DNA from: Macrostomum lignano
Taxonomy: Eukaryota
DNA length: 64,000 nucleotides
Direction of reading: 5' to 3'
Assembly: GCA_002269645.1 (NCBI GenBank)
Contig: NIVC01000546.1
Location: 282,395 to 346,394, forward strand
Position numbers and translations under genes: made by a program. How positions within the stretch are numbered: position 1 is the first letter of the stretch; the number at the start of each line of letters is the position of its first letter. Below are positions 25,266-45,769 of this stretch, piece after piece. The notes under the pieces are model-generated. The model worked only from the letters and a program-made list of their open reading frames with translations. It had not been told where the DNA came from and did not search any database.

Positions 25266-25489
25266 TGTAGTGGCAGTCATGTACAATAAAGTACATATAA
25301 ATGAATGTCATTTGTCAAAATTCAAATGGCTGCATTCAATTCTCCTACTGCAGCTGCAGCGCAAAAGTATTTTTCTCCTTCAATGCAAATTTTTAGGTTG
25401 CTTTATTCGTTTTTTGTCTACTGATAGTAGCTTGATAAAGTACGAAGTATTCTGTATGAAAACTGTATGAAAACTTTATGACTGAATAA

Positions 25490-28125
25490 CTGTATGACCG
25501 TATGAAAACTGGATAAAGACTGGATGAAGGCTGGATGAAGACTGGATGAAGACCGGATGGATGGACTGGATAAAAACTGGATAAAGACCGGATGGATGAA
25601 GATTGGATAAAGACTGGATGAAGGCTGGATGTAGAGTGGATGAAGACTGGATGGATGAAGAATGGATAAAGACTGGATAAAGACTGAATAAAGACTGGAT
25701 AAAGACAGGATGAAGACCGGATAAAGACTGGATAAAGACTGGATAAAGACTGGATGAAGACCGAATGGATGGACTGGATCAAAACTGGATAAAGACCGGA
25801 TGGATGAAGACTGGATGAAGACTGGATGGATGAAGACTGGATAAAGACTGGATGAAAGCTGGATGTAGAGTGGATGAGGACTGGATGGATGAAGACTGGA
25901 TAAAGACTGGATGAAAGCTGGATGTAGAGTGGATGAGGACTGGATGGATTAAGACTGGATAAAGACTGGATGAAAGCTGGATGTAGAGTGGATGAGGACT
26001 GGGTGGATGAAGACTGGATGAAGGCTGGATGAAGGCTGGATGAAGGCTGGATGAAGGCTGGATGAAGGCTGGATGAAGGCTGGATGAAGGCTGGATGAAG
26101 GCTGGATAAAGACTGGATGAAGGCTGGATGAAGGCTGGATGAAGACTGGATGAAGGCTGGATGAAGACTGGATGGATGAAGACTGGATAAAGACCGGATG
26201 AAGGCTGGATGAAGGCTGGATGAAGGCTGGATAAAGACTGGATGAAGACTGGATGGATGAAGACTGGATAAAGACTGGATGGATGAAGACTGGATAAAGA
26301 CTGGATGAAGGCTGGATGAAGACTGGATAAAGACTGGATGAAGACTGGATGGATGAAGACTGGATGAAGACTGGATAAAGACCGGATGAAGACTGGATAA
26401 AGACTGGATGAAGACTGGATGAAGGCTGGATGAAGGCTGGATGAAGACTGGATAAAGACTGGATGAAGACTGGATGGATGAAGACTGGATAAAGACTGGA
26501 TAAAGACCGGATGAAGGCTGGATAAATACTGGATGAAGACTGGATGAAGACTGGATGAAGACTGGATGAAGACTGGATAAAGACCGGATAAATACTGGAT
26601 AAAGACCGGATGAAGACTGGATGAAGACTGGATGAAGACTGGATAAAGACCGGATGAAGACTGGATAAAGACTGGATGAAGACTGGATGAAGGCTGGATG
26701 AAGACTGGATGAAGACTGGATAAAGACTGGATGAAGACTGGATGAAGGCTGGATGAAGACTGGATAAAGACTGGATAAAGACTGGATGAAGGCTGGATGA
26801 AGGCTGGATGAAGGCTGGATGAAGGCTGGATGAAGGCTGGATGAAGGCTGGATGAAGGCTGGATGAAGGCTGGATGAAGGCTGGATGAAGGCTGGATGAA
26901 GGCTGGATGAAGGCTGGATAAAGACTGGATGAAGGCTGGATAAAGACTGGATGAAGGCTGGATGAAGGCTGGATAAAGACTGGATGAAGGCTGGATGAAG
27001 GCTGGATGAAGGCTGGATGAAGGCTGGATGAAGGCTGGATGAAGGCTGGATGAAGGCTGGATGAAGGCTGGATGAAGGCTGGATGAAGGCTGGATGAAGG
27101 CTGGATGAAGGCTGGATGAAGGCTGGATGAAGGCTGGATGAAGGCTGGATAAAGACTGGATGAAGGCTGGATGAAGGCTGGATAAAGACTGGATGAAGGC
27201 TGGATGAAGGCTGGATGAAGACTGGATAAAGACTGGATGAAGACTGGATGGATGAAGACTGGATAAAGACTGGATAAAGACCGGATGAAGGCTGGATAAA
27301 TACTGGATGAAGACTGGATGAAGACTGGATGAAGACTGGATGAAGACTGGATAAAGACCGGATAAATACTGGATAAAGACCGGATGAAGACTGGATGAAG
27401 ACTGGATGAAGACTGGATAAAGACCGGATGAAGACTGGATAAAGACTGGATGAAGACTGGATGAAGGCTGGATGAAGACTGGATGAAGACTGGATAAAGA
27501 CTGGATGAAGACTGGATGAAGGCTGGATGAAGACTGGATAAAGACTGGATAAAGACTGGATGAAGGCTGGATGAAGGCTGGATGAAGGCTGGATGAAGGC
27601 TGGATGAAGGCTGGATGAAGGCTGGATGAAGGCTGGATGAAGGCTGGATGAAGGCTGGATGAAGGCTGGATGAAGGCTGGATGAAGGCTGGATAAAGACT
27701 GGATGAAGGCTGGATAAAGACTGGATGAAGGCTGGATGAAGGCTGGATAAAGACTGGATGAAGGCTGGATGAAGGCTGGATGAAGGCTGGATGAAGGCTG
27801 GATGAAGGCTGGATGAAGGCTGGATGAAGGCTGGATGAAGGCTGGATGAAGGCTGGATGAAGGCTGGATGAAGGCTGGATGAAGGCTGGATGAAGGCTGG
27901 ATGAAGGCTGGATGAAGGCTGGATAAAGACTGGATGAAGGCTGGATGAAGGCTGGATAAAGACTGGATGAAGGCTGGATGAAGGCTGGATGAAGGCTGGA
28001 TGAAGGCTGGATAAAGACTGGATGAAGGCTGGATAAAGACTGGATGAAGGCTGGATGAAGGCTGGATGAAGGCTGGATGAAGGCTGGATAAAGACTGGAT
28101 GAAGGCTGGATGAAGGCTGGATGAA
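25490..28125. repeat. 11 bp minisatellite (CTGGATGAAGA / CTGGATAAAGA / CTGGATGAAGG)
   Basis: More than 200 tandem units; they produce the spurious 750-919 aa HPAFIQPSSSL ORFs. Confidence 0.97.
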
Positions 28126-28604
28126 TATGCCCACGAATTCCAAGTACGCCATGGCCGCACAGATTCAGTGTTGTAATAAAAAATTTTTTAAAATAGGTCA
28201 TTTCGGTCAGTTGAACTTTGAGAGCAACAATTATAATCAGCGACTTGTCGGCGAATGAACGAACAGGCGGGACGGACCATGTGACGTGACTGGCCGAGAT
28301 TAGGCGGCAACATATGGCGGCCTCCCCTTCCTGGCATTGCCTTTTTAATTTCAGCTTTTTGTCCCGCTTTGAAGCCTATTATATATAGGGCAGGAAATTT
28401 TGCAACCTCCAGGTTGATCGGCAGTCTAGTTGAGAAGGAATTACCTGAACGGCATAGCGTGAAAATTTTGCTTGAGCTGTCAGTTTCGTTGCGCACGTCA
28501 GGAGTAGAAAACAGGGTTTTTGTTCTGCCAGCTCAATTCAGTCATGTGCCGAGTGAGTCAAGAGTGCAGCACCGACTTTTAGCGTTTCGGCATCTTTTTG
28601 TACA

Positions 28605-28925
28605 AAGACTGGGCAGAGACTGGATGAGAACTGGATAAGGACTTGATAAAGACTGGATGAAGAGTGGATAAAGACTGGGTAAAGACTGGATGAAGACTGG
28701 GTAAAGACTGGATGAAGATTGGATGAAGACTGGATGAAGACTGGATGAAGACTGGATGAAGACTGGATAAAGACTGGATAAAATACTGTATGAAGACTGG
28801 ATAAAGACTGGATAAAGACCGGATGAAGACTGGATGAAGACTGGATAAAGACTGGATAAAGACCGGATAAATACTGGATAAAGACCGGATGAAGACTGGA
28901 TGAAGACTGGGTGAAGACTGGATAA
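28605..28925. repeat. Second block of the same 11 bp minisatellite
   Basis: Same unit, separated from the main block by ~480 bp of unique sequence. Confidence 0.93.
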
Positions 28926-29205
28926 AGAATCAATAAAGGCTAGATAGATGCACAAAGGATTGCATTGTACCAGTACAGTACATAGGCATGGAATATTCGT
29001 GTGGGACTTGGCAAGACTTTTCTATTGGTTTTAAAACTGGCGAGGACAGAGCCAGCCCCCCATGCCCAATGGCAAGTGTCCAACCAACCGAAACGTTTAA
29101 AAATTGGTGGATAAATTTCCCCCGACCAAAAAACTGGGAATTCCAATCCCAGAAAAAATTGGACAGTCCCACCAGCTCAGCAATAATATTCCCAATGTCA
29201 GCGCC

Positions 29206-34508
<5,303 letters not shown>

Positions 34509-35021
34509 GACATCCATATTGCTGTATTTGAACACCCAGTTTCAGTTCTAAGCACTGGGAAGCACAGGTTCCGGATATCCGGTTTTCCATGCCCTCGTTG
34601 TAAAGAAGCCTGCAAATTTGCTTGGCACAATTGATGCGAGCATGCAGTCTTGTTCTCCTCGGATAGGGCATGCGGAACCCAGATTAAGGTGCAAATACTT
34701 AGTCAAAATTTCCTGCACTGTTGATTTTTCAACTTCCAAAAAGTCAGCGAGGTCTCGGAGACTTTTGTATACTGAGAAATTAATATTAAGCTCGCCCCTG
34801 CCCCCAATAATTTTTACCATAGACATATACGAGTCTATTATTGAAATTATATGTGCGCCATGCCAACAGCTAATTAATTGCTTCTTTCTTGCCTAATTGA
34901 CACATTCTTACGACTTTTCGGACAGCCGAAGTATTTAGCGGCCGTCTCCGAGGCCCCGGGATTGGGCCACAGACACCAGCTGCTGCTAGCGCTTCAGAGC
35001 AGCAAAAGCTACAGTCTATGG

Positions 35022-35807
35022 CAGGGGTCGGAAAACTTTTACCCCAAGGGCCAGATGGAGAACCTAAAGTATGACTGCGGACCAGAGGGGGGGGAGAGGA
35101 AAGGGAACAGAGAAGAGAGATAAAAGAAAGGAGAGGCTAGAGGAAAATGAGAAGGGTGAAGAGAAGAGGAGAGTGGAGAGAAGAGGAGAGAGAGGAGAGG
35201 AGAGGAGAGGAGAGGAGAGGAGAGGAGAGGAGAGGAAAGGAGAGGAGAGGAAAGGAGAGGAGAGGAGAGGAGAGGAGAGGAGAGGAGAGGAGAGGAAAGG
35301 AGAGGAGAGGAGAGGAAAGGAAAGGAGAGGAGAGGAGAGAGGAGAGGAGAGAGGAGAGGAGAAGAGAGAGGAGAGGAGAGAGGAGAGGAGAGAGGAGAGG
35401 AGAGGAGAGGAGAGGAGAGGAGAGGAAAGGAGGAGAGGAGAGAGGAGAGAGGAAAGGAGAAGAGAGAGGAGAGGAGAGAGGAGAGGAGAAGAGAGAGGAG
35501 AGGAGAGAGGAGAGGAGAGAGGAGAGGAGAGGAGAGGAGAGGAGAGGAAAGGAGGAGAGGAGAGGAAAGGAGAGGAGAGGTGAGGAGAGGAGAGAGGAGA
35601 GGAGAGAGGAGAGAGGAAAGGAGAAGAGAGAGGAGAGGAGAGAGGAGAGGAGAGAGGAGGGGAGAAGAGAGAGGAGAGGAGAGAGGAGAGAAAATAGGTG
35701 ATTAGAGAGGAGAGCAGAGAAGAGACGCAAACCTTGAGCGGGCCGGATTGCTATTGTGCAGTTCCAAGGACCCGATGGCTTCGCGGGCCGGAGTTTGCCG
35801 ACCCCTG
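35022..35807. mobile_element. hAT (Charlie/MER58-like) MITE containing a (GAGAG)n microsatellite
   Basis: TIRs CAGGGGTCGGAAAAC and GTTTGCCGACCCCTG. 8 bp flanks GTCTATGG and GTCGATGG (7/8 identical TSD). Subterminal GCGGGCCGGA motifs. Purine microsatellite at ~35095-35715. Confidence 0.85.
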
Positions 35808-36349
35808 GTCGATGGTGCAGCTCCAGGCGGCTGGAGTGGCCCATCTACAATTGATGCTCACAGAACCTGTGCTAGGAAGCCAGTCAAGCAGAACATCGAA
35901 CCCATAGATAGAATGCCAACGATCGATGAGAAGGTGAAGCCGGTTTTATTTTGATTCATTAACGTGCCTTTCAGCCATAAACGTTACTTTGAAAATGGCC
36001 GAATTTATCGGCTAATAAATTTTGTCAGCTGGCGAAGACAAATGAAGCATTAAAGAAAGTTGACAGATCTCTCATGTTCTCTCCAGTTGTCTGTGGCAAA
36101 ACCTGATTAGATTGAACGCATTCTGAAAAATCTGCTTATGAAAACGCACAGTACATTTACATGCCTCCCGGCTCCATTAGTACCGGTACGACGTATGAAA
36201 CAGCAGATTCGGTCCCCGCTAGCATCTGTGGCGCTTTTCGAATCAAAACTCTGATGAACTCCGATCGTAGTCACTTCACGACTCCAATGTATCTATCGTG
36301 TCTCATAAAATTCCTGATATTTCAGTATATATTCCACTAGACTATTGTC

Positions 36350-36760
36350 TCAGTCTCCAATCTCTGTCAGTTTCTAATCTCTCAGATTCTGATCTCTCCC
36401 AGTTTCTTATCTCTTAGTCTCTGATGTCTCTCAGTCTCTATTCTCTTTCAGTCTCTAATCAGTCTCTAAACTCCCTGTCTCTAACCTCTCAGTCTCTAAT
36501 CTCCCTGTCTCTAATCTCTCAGTCTCTAATCTCTCTGTCTCAAACCTCCATCAGTGTCTAATCTCTCTCAGTGTCTAATCTCTCGCAGTAGCTAATCTCT
36601 CAGTGTCTAATCTCTCTCAGTGGCTAATCTCTTAGTGTCTAATCTCTCTCAGCCGCCAAGCTTCCTCAATATCTAATCTCTCAGTCTCTAATCTCTCCCA
36701 GCCCATAATCTCTCTGAATGTCTGTCTAATCTCTCAGTCTCTAACCTTTCTCTAATCTAT
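36350..36760. repeat. Degenerate CTCTAATCTCTCAGT repeat
   Basis: Diverged 15-20 bp tandem units. Confidence 0.75.
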
Positions 36761-37001
36761 AAGTTCCACCTTGAAAAAAATTAATATTTTCTCCAGAACT
36801 TTTCAAACTAGACCTGCCTTTGCTTCTAATTGGCACACGGCTATTTTACCGCTCGACAACAGCGCCTCGGCAGACCCCATAGCAACCAATCATTAGGTCA
36901 TTTTCTAATTTAAAAAATAAAATTTCGAAAGTGCAGGACAAGCGCCGGCCGAGATTTAGTTGAAACTCCGCAACGCAGGCCAAACAGGATGCCGATTTCT
37001 A

Positions 37002-39979
<2,978 letters not shown>

Positions 39980-40194
39980 CTTGGCGGGTTAATTACGAAA
40001 ATCGTGGACAAAGGAAGCAAGCCACTTGCTGCGCAAATTCATTCTTCAATTAGACTAAGAGTTCGCACAACTAAATTACTGTTGCCAGCCAGTGAATTCT
40101 GCACATTTCGGCAGCACGTAATCGTTGATAGTGGCTGGCTTTGAAGGACAAAAATGAAGGTAAAAGTTTTCATGAATTTTTCGAAATAATAGCA

Positions 40195-40605
40195 TGCCTG
40201 GGTTTGAGATCCCATAATCTCATGCCCGAGCTTGAGATCCCATAATCTCATCCCTGAGATTGAGATCCTACAATCTCATCCCTGAGATTGAGATCCAACA
40301 ATCTCATCCCTGAGATTTGAGATCTCTAAAATCTCATCCCTGAGATTGAGATCCTACAATATCATCCCTGAGCTTGAAATCTCATAATCTCATCCTGAGA
40401 TTGAGATCCCATAATCTCATACCTGAGCTTGAAATCTCATAATCTCATCGCCGAGGCTGAGATCCCATAATCTCATCGCTGAGCTTGAGATCTCATAATC
40501 TCATCCTGAGCTTGAGATCCCATAATCTCATCGCTGAGCTTGAGATCACATAGTCTCATCCTTGAGCTTGACATCCTATAGTCTCATCCCTGAGATTGGG
40601 ATCCT
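40195..40605. repeat. 27-28 bp palindromic minisatellite (TGAGAT-N6-ATCTCA core)
   Basis: About 14 diverged units; the same family occurs at 42921-43240. Confidence 0.88.
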
Positions 40606-41069
40606 ATTATAAAATATTATTCTGAGATATTGAAACACCAAAATCCTACCCTAAGATTAGGATCACAGATTTAGAGAAATAATACTAAATGGAAGAGAAT
40701 CAAGGACCCCAGCACAGCACTGACTCGGGTGCAAAGTGTCTGTCACTTACAGAATCCAAATCTTCTCGGCCTAAAGACGCCATCTGTCAATAAATATCCC
40801 AGATTTTATAAAAAATCTCTTATAAGATTTTCATGCAACGATTTGATACCAAAGAAAAAAATCCAAAAAGCAAATCTGCTGCAGAATATGATTTGTCATT
40901 TCGCCAGCTTTAGACAGAAAAATGCTAAGACAGATGTATTTGCAAGACTCGGAAAGACATGACAGCAGGCAAGCAAACAGGCAGTACACGTTGAGTGCGC
41001 GAATTTTGGTTGAGTAAATACTAAGCAGGATTATTCTGATCGTCCAATCATCTCCTGCCGCCAGTGAAA

Positions 41070-42150
41070 CTCCGAGGGTCATTGGGGGCGCCAGTGAAGC
41101 TCGGGGGGGGGGTCATTGGGGGCGCCATTGAAGCTCGGGGGTCATTGGGGACGCCATTGAAGCTCGGGGGGTCATTGGGGGCGCCAGTGAAGCTCGGGGG
41201 GTCATTGGGGGCGCCATTGAAGCTCGGGGGGTCATTGGGAGCGCCATTGAAGCGCCGAGGATCATTGGGGGCGCCATTGAAGTGCCGATCGAGTCATTGA
41301 GGGCGTCATTGAAGCGCCGAGGGTCATTGGGGGCGCCATCTAAGCTTCGAGGGTCATTGGGGGCGCCATTGAAGCGCCGAGAGTCATTGGGGCGCCATTG
41401 AAGCGCCGAGGGTCATTGGGGGCGCCAATGAAGCTCGGGATGTCATTGGGGGCGCCAGTGAAGCTCGGGGGTCATTGGGGGCGCCAGTGAAGCTCGGGGG
41501 GTCATTAGGAGCGCCATTGAACCGCCGAGGGTCATAGAGAGCGCCAGTGAAGCCCCGAGGGTCATTGGGGCGCCATTGAAGCGCCGAGGGTCATAGGGAG
41601 CGCCAGTGAAGCGCCGAGGGTCATTGGGGCGACATTTAAGCGCCGAGGGTCATTGGGGCGCCAGTGAAGCTCGAGGGGTCATTGGGGGCGCCAGTGAAGC
41701 TCGGGGGGTCATTGGGAGCGCCATTGAAGCGCCAAGGATCATTGGGGGCGCCATATAAGCTTCGAGGGTTATTGGGGCGCCATTGAAGCGCCGAGAGTCA
41801 TTGGGGCGCCATTGAAGCGCCGAGGGTCATTGGGGGCGCCAGTGAAGCTCGGGGGGTCATTGGGGGCGCCAGTGAAGCTCGGGGGGTCATTGGGGGCGCC
41901 AGTGAAGCTCGGGGGGTCATTGAGGGAGCCAGTGAAGCTCGGGGGGTCATTAGGAGCGCCATTGAAGCGCCTAGGGTCATTGGGGCGACATTTAAGCGCC
42001 GAGGGTCATTGGGGGCGCCATATAAGCTTCGAGGGTCATTGGGGCGCCAGTGAAGCGCCTAGGGTCATTGGGGCGACATTTAAGCGCCGACGGTTATTGG
42101 GGGCGCCATTGAAGCTCAGGGGGTCATTAAGGGCGCCATTGAAGCACCAT
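41070..42150. repeat. ~30 bp GC-rich minisatellite (GGGGTCATTGGGGGCGCCAGTGAAGCTCG)
   Basis: About 36 tandem units immediately downstream of ARMC7. Confidence 0.93.
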
Positions 42151-42193
42151 TAGGAAGAGAGAGGCATGGTGCGCCAGCAGCAGCAGCCGGACG

Positions 42194-42826
42194 TCAGCCC
42201 ACGCCCAGCTCCATGCAGATGACCCTGGCCAGGTTGGACACCAGCCGCCCGCTGCACCCGCCGGTCGTGTCGTCGCCGGCGCCCGCCGTCAGCAAGTCGC
42301 GCAGCCTCTGGCAGAGCTCGGCATCGCCGACGACAGCCGCCGAAGCCGCCGCTTCCCGGCCGTTCTCGGACACGACCAGCTGGGCCAGCACGGTCAGGCT
42401 GAGCCGCAGCATCTCCCAAGCCTCATCACTGGCATCGCGGAGCTGCCGCGGCTCCATGACGAGTTGGCGCAGGCAGGGCAGCAGGCCGGCCGCCAACAGC
42501 ACGCGGGCATTGTCCGGGTCCGGACAGCAGTTAGCGATGCCGGCCAAGGCAAATCGGCGCAGCTCCTCAGCGTCCGGGGCGGCTGCCTGGGAGGCTGCGC
42601 ACTCCATCAGCAGGCCGGGCACGACGTTGAGATGGCGGAGGAAGTCGAAGTTGACGGGGTCGTAGGCGAAGTTGGCCAGGTTGGCCAGCACCTGCCGTCG
42701 GCTGTCCGAGTCGCCGGGCTGGCCGGCCGAGTGGCGGAACTCGGACACGAGCTGGCGCAGGTAGGCGAGGCGGCCGATAGCGTAGGGGCCGGACTGGCGG
42801 ACCAGCTGGCGCGGAGAGGTGAACAT
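42194..42826 (-). CDS. ARMC7: Armadillo repeat-containing protein 7, single exon, 210 aa
   Basis: Family signature GRLAYLRQLVSEF...QVLANLANFAYDPVNFDFLRHLNV...FALAGIANCCPDPDN...SNLARV. ATG MFTS at 42826; the upstream part of the listed ORF is repeat sequence. Confidence 0.9.
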   Translation of the reverse strand: MFTSPRQLVRQSGPYAIGRLAYLRQLVSEFRHSAGQPGDSDSRRQVLANLANFAYDPVNFDFLRHLNVVPGLLMECAASQAAAPDAEELRRFALAGIANCCPDPDNARVLLAAGLLPCLRQLVMEPRQLRDASDEAWEMLRLSLTVLAQLVVSENGREAAASAAVVGDAELCQRLRDLLTAGAGDDTTGGCSGRLVSNLARVICMELGVG

Positions 42827-42920
42827 GGAGACTGCTGAGCCACTTTGGTGGCCGGCAGGGCTGCGGGCTGAAGAGATCGGAGCTGGTTGAGATCGCCGCA
42901 CTGCAGCGGCTTTGGGGTCT

Positions 42921-43240
42921 GGAGATTCTATGATCTCATCCCTGAGATTGAGATTCTTTGATCTCATCCCTGAGATTGAGATTCTTTGATCTCATCCCTG
43001 AGATTGAGATTCTTTGATCTCATCCCTGAGATTGAGATTCTTTGATCTCATCCCTGAGATTGAGATTCTTTGATCTCATCCCTGAGATTGAGATTCTTTG
43101 ATCTCATCCCTGAGATTGAGATTCTTTGATCTCATCCCTGAGATTGAGATCTCTAGAGTCTCATGCTAGAGTCTTGAGATTGAGATCCTAGAATCTTATC
43201 CCTGAGATTTGAGATCTCTAAAATCTCATCCCTGAATGAG
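42921..43240. repeat. 28 bp palindromic minisatellite (ATCTCATCCCTGAGATTGAGATTCTTTG)
   Basis: About 8 near-identical plus diverged units; same family as 40195-40605. Confidence 0.9.
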
Positions 43241-43485
43241 AGATTACTTGACCTTAAAAGAATTAAGTTTAGAATTAGAAATTAAAACAACACATTGAAG
43301 TCTCTGCGTTCAGCCTTTTGAAAAAGGACGTGGGCCATCAGGCCCGAATATTCCGTGAACAAATAGCCATCATTTTCGCTACGAATAATAAACAGAAAAT
43401 TTACATCATACTACTTAACAAAATTATCAGCAGCATAGTAAAGAATATAAACATGAAAGACAAGATATAGTGCATCGCTTGATAG

Positions 43486-43615
43486 AGTCAGTCAGTCAGT
43501 CAGTCAGTCAGTCAGTCAGTCAGTCAGTCAGTCAGTCAGTCAGTCAGTCAGTCAGTCAGTCAGTCAGTCAGTCAGTCAGTCAGTCAGTCAGTCAGTCAGT
43601 CAGTCAGTCAGTCAG
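43486..43615. repeat. (GTCA)n microsatellite starting immediately after the ATG10 stop codon
   Basis: Pure run adjacent to position 43616. Confidence 0.95.
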
Positions 43616-44703
43616 CTACAGGAAGCACTCTGGGGGCACCTGCAGTCCCACGGCCCGGCCATAGACAGTCAGCCAGCTCAGCACCGCCAGCGCGGCGGCA
43701 TTCGTGTCGCGGACTTCGCCGCTGCCATCTCTGTCAGCTTCAGAGGCTGACGTCAGCCTGCCGATGAGCTCTGCGGTGCGGCACGGGTGCAGGGTGTACA
43801 TGGGGCAGCCCAGCTGCGGATGCGGCACCTGCGACAGCACCGAGGCCAGATCCAGCTGCCCGGCTGCCTCGCCAGTCGACGATTCCACGTTGACGCGAAC
43901 GAAATCGGCGGCGTCGGAGGCTGCCAGGGGGACGCCGTCGGGCTGGCTGAGGCAGAAGTGCAGCACCGGGCAGGCGTAGGCAGAGCTGAAGCCAATGTGC
44001 AGTCGCACCTGGCAGGGGAAGGCCGGCAGATAGATACTGAGATGAATTGGGGCCGGCAGATTGGCAGATAGGCAGATATAGACTGAGGTGGATTGGCATA
44101 TTGGCAGATAGAGACTGAGGTAGATTGGCAGATAGAGACTGAGGTGGATTGGCAGATTGGCAGATAGAGACAGAGGCGGATTGGCAGATTGGCAGATAGA
44201 GACAGAGGCGGATTGGCAGATTGGCAGATAGAGACAGAGGCGGATTGGCAGATTGGCAGATAGAGACAGAGGCGGATTGGCAGATAGAGACAGAGGCGGA
44301 TTGGCAGATTGGCAGATAGAGACAGAGGCGGATTGGCAGATTGGCAGATAGAGACAGAGGCGGATTGGCAGATTGGCAGATAGAGACAGAGGCGGATTGG
44401 CAGATTGGCAGATAGAGACAGAGGCGGATTGGCAGATTGGCAGATAGAGACAGAGGCGGATTGGCAGATTGGCAGATAGAGACAGAGGCGGATTGGCAGA
44501 TAGAGATTTACCTGCACCAACACGGGAGCAGAATCGGACGCATCAGCAGCAGGGCCGGCAACCAGGAAGCTGGTCTGCAGCTCCATCACGGGCGTGTCGG
44601 ATTCGGCTCCGACGGTTGCCAGGCGCATCGGCCAGGAGAGGCGGCCAGAGAGGCGGGCGAGGAGCTGCGGCAGCGCCTCGTTGAAAGCCGACCGGGACAG
44701 CAT
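43616..44703 (-). CDS. ATG10: Autophagy E2-like conjugating enzyme ATG10, 2 exons, 194 aa
   Basis: Exons 44703-44512 and 44008-43616 (CAG/GTAAAT donor, phase 0). Motifs HIGFSSAYACPVLHF, HPQLGCPMYTLHPCRT (catalytic HPC) and LSWLTVYGRAVGLQVP. Confidence 0.88.
44035..44505. repeat. ~31 bp minisatellite filling the ATG10 intron (GCAGATAGAGACAGAGGCGGATTGGCAGATT)
   Basis: About 15 tandem units. Confidence 0.93.
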
Positions 44704-44734
44704 GGGGCCGGACGGGCTGAAGGTGACGGGATTC

Positions 44735-45255
44735 TCAAGAGTGTTACAGGGCGATTCTCGAGGGTGTTACAGGGCGATTCCCTTGGGTGTTACAGGGCGC
44801 TTCTCAAGGGCGTTACAGGGCGATTCCCTTGGGTGTTACAGGGCGATTCCCTTGGGGTGTTACAGGGCGATTCCCTTGGGTGTTACAGGGTGATTCCCTT
44901 GGGTGTTACAGGGCGATTCCCTTGGGGTGTTACAGGGCGATTCCCTTGGGCGTTACAGGGCGATTCTCGAGGGTGTTACAGAGCCGTTGTCGCGTGTGTT
45001 ACAGGGCGGTTCTCGAGGGTGTTACAGGGCGCTTCTCGAGGGTGTTACAGGGCGGATTCCCTTGGGTGTTACAGGCCGATTCTCGAGGGTGTTACAGGGC
45101 GATTCTCGGGGTGTAACAGGGCGCTTCTAGAGGGTGTTACAGGGCGATTCCCTTGGGTGTTACAGGGCGATTCTCGAGGGTGTTACAGGACGATTCTCGA
45201 GGGTATTACAGAGCGATTCCCTTGGGTGTTGCAGGGCGATTCTCTAGGGTGTTGG
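44735..45255. repeat. ~21 bp minisatellite (GTGTTACAGGGCGATTCCCTT)
   Basis: About 24 units just upstream of ATG10. Confidence 0.92.
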
Positions 45256-45769
45256 ACTGGACAAATTTACCAGAAAAAATAATTTAGAAAAGCGGCAAGA
45301 ATTTCAGAAAGATAAACCTAACCGAAATAGGGGCTATCAGAGTACGAAAATTTATTAATTTCATATTCTCAATAGGTTCAAAGCTATTTGGCAATCAAGA
45401 AATATAAAAAATACGCAAAATACCCGATGAGGTACAAAATATTTCGATTCAACGCGATAAATTTTCGGTATAAACAAAAGAAATATTCTGTGAAATATCC
45501 AGAAAATTGCAATAAATATTGATCGAATCTGTGGTCCAATTAGTTCAGAAAAGAAATAATCTAATCATATAGCAACGTCATAATGCAGAGAATGATAGTG
45601 CAGTACGCCTGTGACACACTGCGCTGTTTTCTTGTAATGCAAGACATCTATCGATTTTCAACTCTGATTTTCCATTTATAAAAGTGAGTCACAAACAAGA
45701 TTTGCAAACAACTTATCTGACACAATTTTGGCCCATTGGCTAGTCTGTGGACCCACCTGATTGAATCCT

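Noticed and set aside
25393-28201. ORFs of 750-919 aa
   Set aside because: Stop-free translations of the 11 bp minisatellite in all three minus frames.
35071-35844. ERRGE/SSPLL ORFs
   Set aside because: GA microsatellite inside the hAT MITE.
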